Below, piece by piece: positions 29,020-36,805 of a stretch of 64,000 bases of DNA. This DNA comes from a virus. Lineage: Duplodnaviria; Caudoviricetes. How positions within the stretch are numbered: the first letter of the stretch is position 1; every line of letters begins with the position of its first letter. Where the stretch lies: the IMG/VR virus record IMGVR_UViG_3300027776_000009; one strand, 5' to 3'. Made by a program: the position numbers and the translations under genes. The notes below the pieces were generated by a model. It was not told where the DNA came from. It saw only the letters and a list, made by a program, of their open reading frames with translations, and did not search any database.

Positions 29020-29451
29020 TTATGCGGTTTTCACCAACCGAGTTGTACCCGCTGGGAACGCGGATAGGGTGCTATAAAGTTCGGTCATCTCCCCCACCAG
29101 TTGCAGAAAACGCTCCTTAACGCGCGGTACGCACGATGGTCCGTTTGATGCTTCGCCTTGATCGTTTGAAAACGATTCATAGAACGCACCGTCATCCATG
29201 TACAGCGTAACAATCATTTGAGTATCTTCAGAGACACCCAACGCCCCTTCATCAGAGACACTGATCGAAATTCCCATATTGGGAAGAATCGCAGAGCGAT
29301 GCCCCCACACGGTCAGAGCGTGGTTGTTGGGAGTTCCGTTATTGTCGAAGAACTGACGAATACTGGTGGTTAGCGCAATGGTGTTCTCCACAAGGGAGGC
29401 ATCCAGTTTGGATCGAACCTTGGCGCTGTCAAAGATATATTGGATAGCCAT
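29020..29451 (-). CDS. Hypothetical protein
   Basis: AGGAG SD; followed by a hairpin at 28990-29027. Confidence 0.7.
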   Translation of the reverse strand: MAIQYIFDSAKVRSKLDASLVENTIALTTSIRQFFDNNGTPNNHALTVWGHRSAILPNMGISISVSDEGALGVSEDTQMIVTLYMDDGAFYESFSNDQGEASNGPSCVPRVKERFLQLVGEMTELYSTLSAFPAGTTRLVKTA

Positions 29452-29494
29452 ACTGGGCTCCTAGTGCGAGTGGGACAGGTACATAAAATGGCGC

Positions 29495-29794
29495 TTACCG
29501 AGGCAGCAAGAGACCTCCCGATTCCGCATAACTCGCGATAGACTCCGGATGATCATCAATCCAGATATCAACCTTAATCCCCAGCGCTTCCATGAAAGGA
29601 CGCTTCTGTTGGTTCTGCGTGCAGAAGACCTCGAAAGAAGGTATACGTTCCCTGCGATCAAAGGTACCCGGCGGTTGATGTCGTGCGGTCGTACAGATGA
29701 CACGGTGTCCTCGACTTGCAGCATGCACGGCAAATGCCTCCCACAAGTCAAAGTCCATGTCATAGGTCTCATCGTAGTCGATGGCGATGATCAT
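29495..29794 (-). CDS. Small HAD-superfamily hydrolase/phosphatase
   Basis: IIAIDYDET (motif I), ICTTAR (II), K (III), IWIDD (IV). Confidence 0.8.
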   Translation of the reverse strand: MIIAIDYDETYDMDFDLWEAFAVHAASRGHRVICTTARHQPPGTFDRRERIPSFEVFCTQNQQKRPFMEALGIKVDIWIDDHPESIASYAESGGLLLPR

Positions 29795-30240
29795 GGTAGT
29801 GGAATACCGTGTTGCGCCAACACCGACTTATCATCCTCCGACGGCATGTATTGCCAAGAGCATGTTTCACGGACCAGCGCTCCATCAGCTTGTGACCGGT
29901 TCTTTGTGGTAGTCCATGGCTCAAACAGCATCTTGGCATCATGAACGACCATGGAGCTAGCCATCCGAGGTGGAGCGACCAAAAGAACATCTTCCGGGAA
30001 GAACCCTTCGTATCTCACTCGGTCCGCATTGGGGAGACTATAGATCTTTGACAGGTATTCCGGAGCATACGAAGTCAGGATGACCTTATCACTAAGCCCG
30101 AATGTTAGCACATCCTTCAGGTCAGTAACAAATGTTTGCACCCCATACCGGCGATGCTGTTCATCCATACAAAGTTTCAACACCTTTCCAAGCAGGCGAG
30201 TAAGTTTATCACCCCTTGAATCCATTATCAACACGTTCAT
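29791..30240 (-). CDS. Hypothetical protein
   Basis: Start reassigned to ATG 30240 (AAGGAG SD). Confidence 0.6.
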   Translation of the reverse strand: MNVLIMDSRGDKLTRLLGKVLKLCMDEQHRRYGVQTFVTDLKDVLTFGLSDKVILTSYAPEYLSKIYSLPNADRVRYEGFFPEDVLLVAPPRMASSMVVHDAKMLFEPWTTTKNRSQADGALVRETCSWQYMPSEDDKSVLAQHGIPLP

Positions 30241-30241
30241 T

Positions 30242-30754
30242 CTACTCTCCTTCGGGAACAAGTTCCCAAGTCTTTGAAAGCATAACGCAATGGGTCGGAA
30301 TCCATCCGTAGTGAAAATTCCCATCCTTCGTATAGTACACGAAGGTGTTTTGCACGCTTTCATGACGCCTGCGTTTGGCCGCCAAACGCCGAACTTCAGA
30401 GAACGGATGATCATCCGGAAACAAAACCGCACCCTTAACCAACATGACCCAGGTACCCTTGTCCCGCCATTCATGCATACGGACACGCTTACCGCGCTCA
30501 AGCATAAGTATAGCCCACGCAAAGGTGCCCTCAATGAGTTTCAACAACCCATCCATTGTTTCGGGATGGGTATGCAGTTCCGACTTTGTTTCCAAAACAT
30601 ACCCACGCGGGTCACTGGCTATCGCAGCGCTGGTTCTTTCAATTCCCGTCCACGGATTGTATCGCCATACAGCGTTCAGGAACTTATTCCGATAAATATC
30701 CGGCTCGCACCCAAACGCCACCCCCGTTTTTGGATCATACAGCATCGGTTTCAT
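30242..30754 (-). CDS. DUF2829/Tad2-like protein with an N-terminal 'YNPWTG' module
   Basis: TFAWAILMLERGKRVRMHEWRDKGTWVMLV...YYTKDG...GWIPTHCVMLSKTWELV follows the DUF2829 pattern F..A...L..GK+V.R..W..KG...T.DG....W......L..DW. Confidence 0.65.
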   Translation of the reverse strand: MKPMLYDPKTGVAFGCEPDIYRNKFLNAVWRYNPWTGIERTSAAIASDPRGYVLETKSELHTHPETMDGLLKLIEGTFAWAILMLERGKRVRMHEWRDKGTWVMLVKGAVLFPDDHPFSEVRRLAAKRRRHESVQNTFVYYTKDGNFHYGWIPTHCVMLSKTWELVPEGE

Positions 30755-30765
30755 GAGAGTTCCCC

Positions 30766-31140
30766 CTACCAGCGATCGCATTCGCAATCTTTACGTGTCT
30801 TTCCGCATTCCATACACGATGAGGAGGTTTGTACCAACACCCCCAGATGCTTAGAATGCCCCTGTACCTTAACCTTTCGCTGTTTGAACCATGTGGTCAA
30901 TTTGTCATGAATCCACATGGAGCCTACGATTCCGATCACTCCTCCAGTAACGGTGTACGGTAAAACCACCCACCCCTTTTGAACCGCAAAGAGCACCACA
31001 GTGATATCAGCAACACACATCGCAGCGGATGTGACCGCTGCTGATATGTAGTGATTGCCGTGAACATTCTTCTGCTGAAACCCTCTCAGAAACACCATGG
31101 AAAAGGTAGCAACGCCCGCTAGTAATAATGAGTTCATCAA
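30766..31140 (-). CDS. Small multi-TM membrane protein with a C-terminal Cys cluster
   Basis: Three hydrophobic helices; CMEC...CEC. Confidence 0.7.
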   Translation of the reverse strand: MMNSLLLAGVATFSMVFLRGFQQKNVHGNHYISAAVTSAAMCVADITVVLFAVQKGWVVLPYTVTGGVIGIVGSMWIHDKLTTWFKQRKVKVQGHSKHLGVLVQTSSSCMECGKTRKDCECDRW

Positions 31141-31146
31141 ATCACC

Positions 31147-31941
31147 TTATCCCACCGCGTTGTGAGACTCGGTCTCAGCAGCTCCACCGTTCAGGTTACA
31201 CCCCACCGGGTCAGTCAGAATTTCATCAGAGGAACGCGACTCGCCGGTCCATGGGTTATACCGCCACACACCCAGTGGGTTTACAGTTCGTACAGATTCC
31301 GCGGTGCGTTTATCCGTATCAAACCGCACTCCCGTGTACGGACTAAAGATAAGCGGATTCTCGACGGGGTCCAGCGAAGTGATGCTCACACGGTCACGAT
31401 AGATACGTTCACCAGAGGACGTATCCCCAGAGAATCCCTTATCCTGATTGTCGTATCCAGCGACAGACACACCATGTTCCGAGATAGACAGCGTAAACGA
31501 TTTCTGATCAATCAGGAAATCACAGAAGTCGGAATCGATATCGTCTTCCGAACAAGATTTCATGATGGAGGCCATCACCAGATCATTGTAGTTAGCTGAG
31601 ACCCCATCCGGTCGCCGGAGTCGATTACCCGCCATCGTATCTCGCATGGTGCGCTCAATGGCGGCCAGCGTGTCGATATAGACATGATCGGGTAGGATAA
31701 ACGTCGCGGTGATGGATTTGTGAGCAGTGAGCGTCACGAACAAGTTGCTACCATGATTGGTATCGCCGGTACTATCGCGCGAAATCGTAATCGTGGTGAT
31801 CGATGGCAGCATCTGTGACAGAGACTCGCGGAAACCTGGCAGCATCTCGATATTGCCATCCAGCTCGAAAGAGCACAAGCAAATCAAGTTCTTAAAATCA
31901 CCGCGTTTTAAAAGCGCTTGCAGCAAGGTCAGCTTATTCAT
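31147..31941 (-). CDS. Hypothetical protein with a C-terminal 'YNPWTG' module
   Basis: Shares VWRYNPWTG..R....I..DP.G with 30242..30754. Confidence 0.7.
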   Translation of the reverse strand: MNKLTLLQALLKRGDFKNLICLCSFELDGNIEMLPGFRESLSQMLPSITTITISRDSTGDTNHGSNLFVTLTAHKSITATFILPDHVYIDTLAAIERTMRDTMAGNRLRRPDGVSANYNDLVMASIMKSCSEDDIDSDFCDFLIDQKSFTLSISEHGVSVAGYDNQDKGFSGDTSSGERIYRDRVSITSLDPVENPLIFSPYTGVRFDTDKRTAESVRTVNPLGVWRYNPWTGESRSSDEILTDPVGCNLNGGAAETESHNAVG

Positions 31942-32371
31942 GAGGTTTCTCCACCTTCACAATTGACAACGTAGGTTTGGTTCTTACTACAGGGGGCGCA
32001 ATTTCTTGCACCGCTGGTTGTTCAAACTCGTCCGTGAATGTGCCGCTAAAATGCGTGTCTTCGATTTTCACGAAAACAATGCTATCCCGAATGTCTTCCT
32101 TCGGGAAAATGGAGCAGATAGCACTCAAAGGCACCGAAATGAAACGCGATACTCGGTTGAAACGCGCGCTAAATCGTAATCCATCATCTCCTAATTCATA
32201 GTTGTGAACGGACCGCGGCGATATGTTCAGGGTAATGAAGCCATTCTGGACATATTCATCCGGAACTATGACATCCGGATGACCCGCGTCAACAACCACG
32301 TATGGCGTCTGACCCCCTTCGCTGATATACCGGATTACGGCATCGATGATAAACGCACGTTTCGTTTTCAT
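31934..32371 (-). CDS. sspB: ClpXP adaptor SspB homologue
   Basis: TPYVVVDA...V.VP.EYV.NG.I.LNISPRSV...FSARF...VPLSAI.SIF.KE; tail KPTLSIVK resembles the ClpX-binding RPALRVVK. Confidence 0.92.
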   Translation of the reverse strand: MKTKRAFIIDAVIRYISEGGQTPYVVVDAGHPDVIVPDEYVQNGFITLNISPRSVHNYELGDDGLRFSARFNRVSRFISVPLSAICSIFPKEDIRDSIVFVKIEDTHFSGTFTDEFEQPAVQEIAPPVVRTKPTLSIVKVEKPHE

Positions 32372-32871
32372 GTTACGATCTTCCCTACTTCGTCATCCAG
32401 GAAACGCATGATCAGATCCAGCAATTCGTTAGGGATTGCAAACCCGCGTGCCAAAGCGTATTCCGTGAAGTCTACCTCGAAAGCTGATCCAAGGTTTTTC
32501 ACGTCGGTCTTCAGTCTTTGGTAGTTACTATCCAGTGCCGCAAAAGCCGCCGCCTGGGAGCGAAAGACCTTATCGCTACGATCATGCGCGGATTGCAGCA
32601 CATTTGCAGCTTCTGCCATTTCATGACCCGTTGTTTCTAATTGCTTAGCAACAAGGGATACGACGTAAAGCTTCCTTTGCTCCAACGAGTAGTTGGGATC
32701 GGAATCAGTCAGGATGTCCCGAATACTGGTTCCTCCAGGGTTCTCGTCAGTGGGACCAAAGCGGTGTTCTACGGCAGCGGATGCACCCGTCTCCTGCAAT
32801 ACCTGTTTAAACTGCGCCAGAGCCCCCTTAAAGGCATAAACCGCGTTCATGTCTGTCATGATACTCTCCAA
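32368..32871 (-). CDS. Hypothetical coiled-coil protein
   Basis: ORF coupled to sspB; start may be 32859. Confidence 0.65.
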   Translation of the reverse strand: MESIMTDMNAVYAFKGALAQFKQVLQETGASAAVEHRFGPTDENPGGTSIRDILTDSDPNYSLEQRKLYVVSLVAKQLETTGHEMAEAANVLQSAHDRSDKVFRSQAAAFAALDSNYQRLKTDVKNLGSAFEVDFTEYALARGFAIPNELLDLIMRFLDDEVGKIVT

Positions 32872-32915
32872 AAAATAGGTGGGCTAATTAGCCCACCTAG
32901 GCTGTATGCCGCGCG

Positions 32916-33356
32916 TCAGGACGTGAAGGCAGCAGCGCCCGCTGCTTTCAACGCCGTGCGAACATGCGCTGCTTGCGCACTGGCCTTGGCCTTGTACGAA
33001 CTGGTCACCCAGCCGTAGTTGGTGATTGACGTGTCGCTCCCCGGCGCCTTGGTTTCGAAGGTGCGGTGAACCGTTACGCTCACTTTGTCGGAACCGACCT
33101 TCAGGGTCATGCTGGATTGCTCCAGTTCCTTGTCAGCCTTCATGGCTTCGATTACCAGTTCACCCGCTGCCAGCTCCGTCGCCGCCAGGAAGTCTTGGCG
33201 GTGACGTTGCACCTTTTCCACGGTTTCCATGGTCAGGTCGTTGCCAGTCAGGGTTTGGGCATAGAGGTCATCGGGGCGCTCGATGTTCGAGCCAGCCACG
33301 GTCAGTTTGGGTTTGATAGCATCAGCCATCGCGCGGACTTGAGCATTGATACTCAT
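32916..33356 (-). CDS. Conserved jumbo-phage hypothetical protein, probably abundant
   Basis: Strongly biased codons; own promoter motif (33458) and terminator (32876-32911). Confidence 0.75.
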   Translation of the reverse strand: MSINAQVRAMADAIKPKLTVAGSNIERPDDLYAQTLTGNDLTMETVEKVQRHRQDFLAATELAAGELVIEAMKADKELEQSSMTLKVGSDKVSVTVHRTFETKAPGSDTSITNYGWVTSSYKAKASAQAAHVRTALKAAGAAAFTS

Positions 33357-33527
33357 GTTTTTCTCTCCGGAGGTTACGGTCGTTAATTGACCATGAAATG
33401 AGGCGTCTGTGTAAAAACTTAAGACACCGAAAGCAGTCTAGCTCTACTTCCAGTTAAGTAGTGTGTATGTTTTTTGAATTAGGATCATATCTCCCCACTG
33501 GGTAATTCCAGTGGGGAGATAGAGGAT

Positions 33528-34307
33528 TTACCATTTGGCGGATGGGGGGAGATAGATGCGTGACGCCGGAGCAGTCGTCTTTTCACGGAACAGTCGCACT
33601 GCCTCATAGAGACGATCACGATCATCGCTTTCCATCCCGACACCGAACCGACCGCTGCGTACTTGCTCAGCAGCCGTCATCAGGGTATTGAGATCGAAAC
33701 TGTGACCATCAATGGACTCCAGACTCGGGGAGTTGTACTTGTGCGCCAGCGCAATACCGGGCTCGTTGACATAGTCCCACGTTACCAGCATCCGTACTGT
33801 CTTGATCATCCCACCCTGTGGTCCGGGTACATCGTTGGTCAGTGTACGCACCGAGAACGACGCATTCTGGTTAGGGTCTTTCAGACTTTCTTCCAGATAA
33901 GTTCCAAACGGACCCGAGGGTTTCACCAACCCTGTAACGACGACTTCGCGTTCTCCGTTCATAGCCACACGGTCTTGTTCATTCAACTGAATCCGGTTGA
34001 AGTAACAGCAGACTTGGGTTTCACGGATTTCCATAACCCGGCGAATGAAATCATTCTCCGTGCGAACGCTATCGCGCTTAGGGTGCCCGTATTCGCCCCG
34101 CAATGCGTTGGCGGCAATGCGTCGTTGAAACGGGGATGAGCTTTCAAACATATCTTTAACCGGACCCAGTGGGTAGAAGTCCTTGTGGTTGTTGGCGTAA
34201 TTGAACGCTCCCAACACCAATTCGTACCGCCCATCTGCATCCGGTTTCAGAATGCCTTTTTTACCTGAGTTTCTCAGGATGTTACTTTCATACGTGATAA
34301 CTGTCAT
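33528..34307 (-). CDS. Prohead maturation protease (phiKZ gp175-like)
   Basis: LRGEYGHP (His), ASFSVRTLT (Ser), TWDYVNEPGI; SLE|S candidate autocleavage site; synteny with vRNAP genes. Confidence 0.88.
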   Translation of the reverse strand: MTVITYESNILRNSGKKGILKPDADGRYELVLGAFNYANNHKDFYPLGPVKDMFESSSPFQRRIAANALRGEYGHPKRDSVRTENDFIRRVMEIRETQVCCYFNRIQLNEQDRVAMNGEREVVVTGLVKPSGPFGTYLEESLKDPNQNASFSVRTLTNDVPGPQGGMIKTVRMLVTWDYVNEPGIALAHKYNSPSLESIDGHSFDLNTLMTAAEQVRSGRFGVGMESDDRDRLYEAVRLFREKTTAPASRIYLPPSAKW

Positions 34308-34318
34308 GTGTTCCTCGG

Positions 34319-35053
34319 CTACATACGCAACAGGGATTCAATACCTTCCACCTTTTCACTGGGGTTAACCAGAGCCGACATCATCCCGTCGTCCATATAG
34401 GACCCTAGGAGTTTCGATACCGTGCTGGTGGCGCCATAGATGACGTTTCGGAACGCGATGTAGGCAGGCGGGACTTTCAGTGCGGCATCTTCGGTGAGCG
34501 TCTGGCGATAATAGATCGTGCGATCATCCCGGTGGCGCGCGATAGACCCCACGATCATTTCCAAGACAGCATTAGACGCATCCAGCCCCATCGCCGCATG
34601 CCGTTCCGAACTGATGAACAAGGTGCACATATCCTCGTACGAGAAGAATGCGGGAATATGTCCCTTAGCCACAAACTCATCGTACACCGGAAACACCAAA
34701 GTGTCATTCTTCACCAGATCCAAGTTACCGCAAATCTCAGCCCCCGGATCAAAGCTCAGCTCGTAGTAATCGTCTCCCTGAATCTTGATGATTGCCGTAG
34801 AGGAAGGGGTTACAGTCAGCATGGCAATCGCACTGGAGATACCGTACCGTGCCTGAGTTCCTTCCCCAACGACTATTGCGAAGATGCCAAGAATACGGAT
34901 CTCGTCACCCACTGTCATGAGCTTGTGCGTCTCATAACGACAAGGGACGTAGATACGGCACCCAGCCGTGGTAATCCATACCTTGCCGCCTTCAACCACC
35001 GGACACGCAGCGTTGATAGCCGCTGCATCACGCTTCAGCGCTGCAAAGTCCAT
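34319..35053 (-). CDS. Conserved head/vRNAP-associated protein (phiKZ gp176-like)
   Basis: Synteny between protease and vRNAP; C-terminal KLLGSY...E.LLR. Confidence 0.7.
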   Translation of the reverse strand: MDFAALKRDAAAINAACPVVEGGKVWITTAGCRIYVPCRYETHKLMTVGDEIRILGIFAIVVGEGTQARYGISSAIAMLTVTPSSTAIIKIQGDDYYELSFDPGAEICGNLDLVKNDTLVFPVYDEFVAKGHIPAFFSYEDMCTLFISSERHAAMGLDASNAVLEMIVGSIARHRDDRTIYYRQTLTEDAALKVPPAYIAFRNVIYGATSTVSKLLGSYMDDGMMSALVNPSEKVEGIESLLRM

Positions 35054-35057
35054 GATG

Positions 35058-36533
35058 TTACCCTCTCACGATGACTTGTTTCACCAACCACGCAACCACA
35101 ATGTCAACCACAGCCAAGGTAGCCACTTCGTCGATTTCCAGATCGGGTTCACGTGCAGCCACGGCATCGATAGTCTCCAGAATCTGAAGACAGTCGCGGT
35201 AATCATACAGCGTCTTACAAACCACCCGACGAACGATCTGGTAGATATGGTCGGGGTCTTCGTGACGGCAGTGTGACAGTGCTTGATCCAGTTTCTGGTG
35301 GTAGGGAGCACGATCTCCCAGAATCTGATCCTCGTCCTTCATGCTGTTAATCAACGCAGTCATGACGTCACGCAGGGTGTTGATAATCACCACGATGCGT
35401 TCGTTGTACTGAGCACTGCGGACCAGTGCGGCACGACGACGCCATTGCTCCAGATACTTCTCAGCATTTTCCAACAGGAACTCGCCGTCGGATACGCGAT
35501 CGCTGATCGCGGCACCCATCAGGATTTCCGGAGCCCCTCCCTTGTCGAGCCATTCCAGATAGACGTCATTGTTGACCAGAATCTGACCCCCTTCGCTCCA
35601 GAACGTGCGATACTCAGCACCCGCGATCGGCCAAGAAATCACAAGACGCTTCGCTTCCTTACAGTTCTGACGCCATTCCATGACGTTGTTGATCGTGAGG
35701 CCCGCGCGGGCGATGACCGCAGTCATCATTTGTTCGTATGCACCCAGAGGCACATTGATATCTTCCATGACATTGGCCAGCATGTAGTGCGCCAGTGCAA
35801 AGATGATCAACGCGTTGGTGCGGTACACTTTCCCTGTCCCGTCCAGCCAGTCGTTGACGTTGAAGTTGGCGTCGTAAACACCCACCTCCGGCCGTGCAGC
35901 GAAGAAACCTTGATAGACCGAGAAGACCTGATCTTGCCCAATGGTGGCGACCCAATCCTTCAGCTCCTTATCCAAGCGGGATGACCCAGTGGTGAGCATG
36001 GCAACGACTTCGTCAGATGTCCGCTGCGGGTGCACACGAGGATCACCGATTTGTCCCAGCTTGGGGATGTCTTGGAAGGGTTCAACCAATGAAGCCAGCG
36101 ACGTCGAATCCCAGACCGGTTCGTACATATCCGGCGTTACCGCCATGGAATTGGCAATACGAGTGTCGCTATCTTTCAATGCCTGGTTGACCTGACCCAC
36201 GACTTCGTCAATCTGAGGTTTCACCACCGTCCGGGTGAACAGGATACTACCGCGGAGGCTATCTGCGGCCACCTTGATTTGGGCGTCCAAGCAAACTTGG
36301 TGTTCGCCAGTCCCAGCACGGTCAGTGAGCTCCACCTGGTCCAGCAGGATATTCAGCTTTTCTTCCACCGGTTGAGCCGATGCTTCCCAAGCGCGCGTAT
36401 CGACGATGGGGACATGTTGTTCAGCCACCAGATTACCGAGCGGGGTATTCGGGATCGGTTCCACGGTGACGTTGGCTGCCGTCAGGTTACGAACCATGGG
36501 TGCAACAGCGTTGATTACGGATCTGTTCAGCAT
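35058..36533 (-). CDS. Conserved head protein (phiKZ gp177-like)
   Basis: 491 aa, P.PNTPL..LV N-terminal motif; synteny. Confidence 0.65.
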   Translation of the reverse strand: MLNRSVINAVAPMVRNLTAANVTVEPIPNTPLGNLVAEQHVPIVDTRAWEASAQPVEEKLNILLDQVELTDRAGTGEHQVCLDAQIKVAADSLRGSILFTRTVVKPQIDEVVGQVNQALKDSDTRIANSMAVTPDMYEPVWDSTSLASLVEPFQDIPKLGQIGDPRVHPQRTSDEVVAMLTTGSSRLDKELKDWVATIGQDQVFSVYQGFFAARPEVGVYDANFNVNDWLDGTGKVYRTNALIIFALAHYMLANVMEDINVPLGAYEQMMTAVIARAGLTINNVMEWRQNCKEAKRLVISWPIAGAEYRTFWSEGGQILVNNDVYLEWLDKGGAPEILMGAAISDRVSDGEFLLENAEKYLEQWRRRAALVRSAQYNERIVVIINTLRDVMTALINSMKDEDQILGDRAPYHQKLDQALSHCRHEDPDHIYQIVRRVVCKTLYDYRDCLQILETIDAVAAREPDLEIDEVATLAVVDIVVAWLVKQVIVRG

Positions 36534-36545
36534 GATTGCGTTTCC

Positions 36546-36749
36546 TTATTGACGCGGCAAAGCCGCCAGTTTGGTATTCACCGTGTTCGCCACCAGATCC
36601 ATGAGGAAATCAGAATCAGGACCCACCACGCTCTCTCCGCGAATCGTAGGGGACAGTGCGTCGCCTACCAATTCCCGCACCACACCGCACGCTACTTCGG
36701 TCAGGTTCCCCAAAGTCACGTACGATCCAATCACCTTATCGGTATTCAT
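36546..36749 (-). CDS. Small conserved protein
   Basis: GAGGA SD; fills the gap in the operon. Confidence 0.6.
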   Translation of the reverse strand: MNTDKVIGSYVTLGNLTEVACGVVRELVGDALSPTIRGESVVGPDSDFLMDLVANTVNTKLAALPRQ

Positions 36750-36805
36750 GCTGAATCCTCAGTAGTGTTAAAAATAGTGAGGGAGTTACCTCCCTCACTG
36801 TTGAG

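Noticed and set aside
30245-30256. Additional SD hexaloop hairpin (CCC-GAAGGA-GAG)
   Set aside because: Central C-A mismatch leaves no stable stem; excluded from the motif set
29791-30534. 247-aa ORF overlapping the Tad2-like gene
   Set aside because: The N-terminal extension is spurious; the real start is likely ATG 30240 with a strong SD
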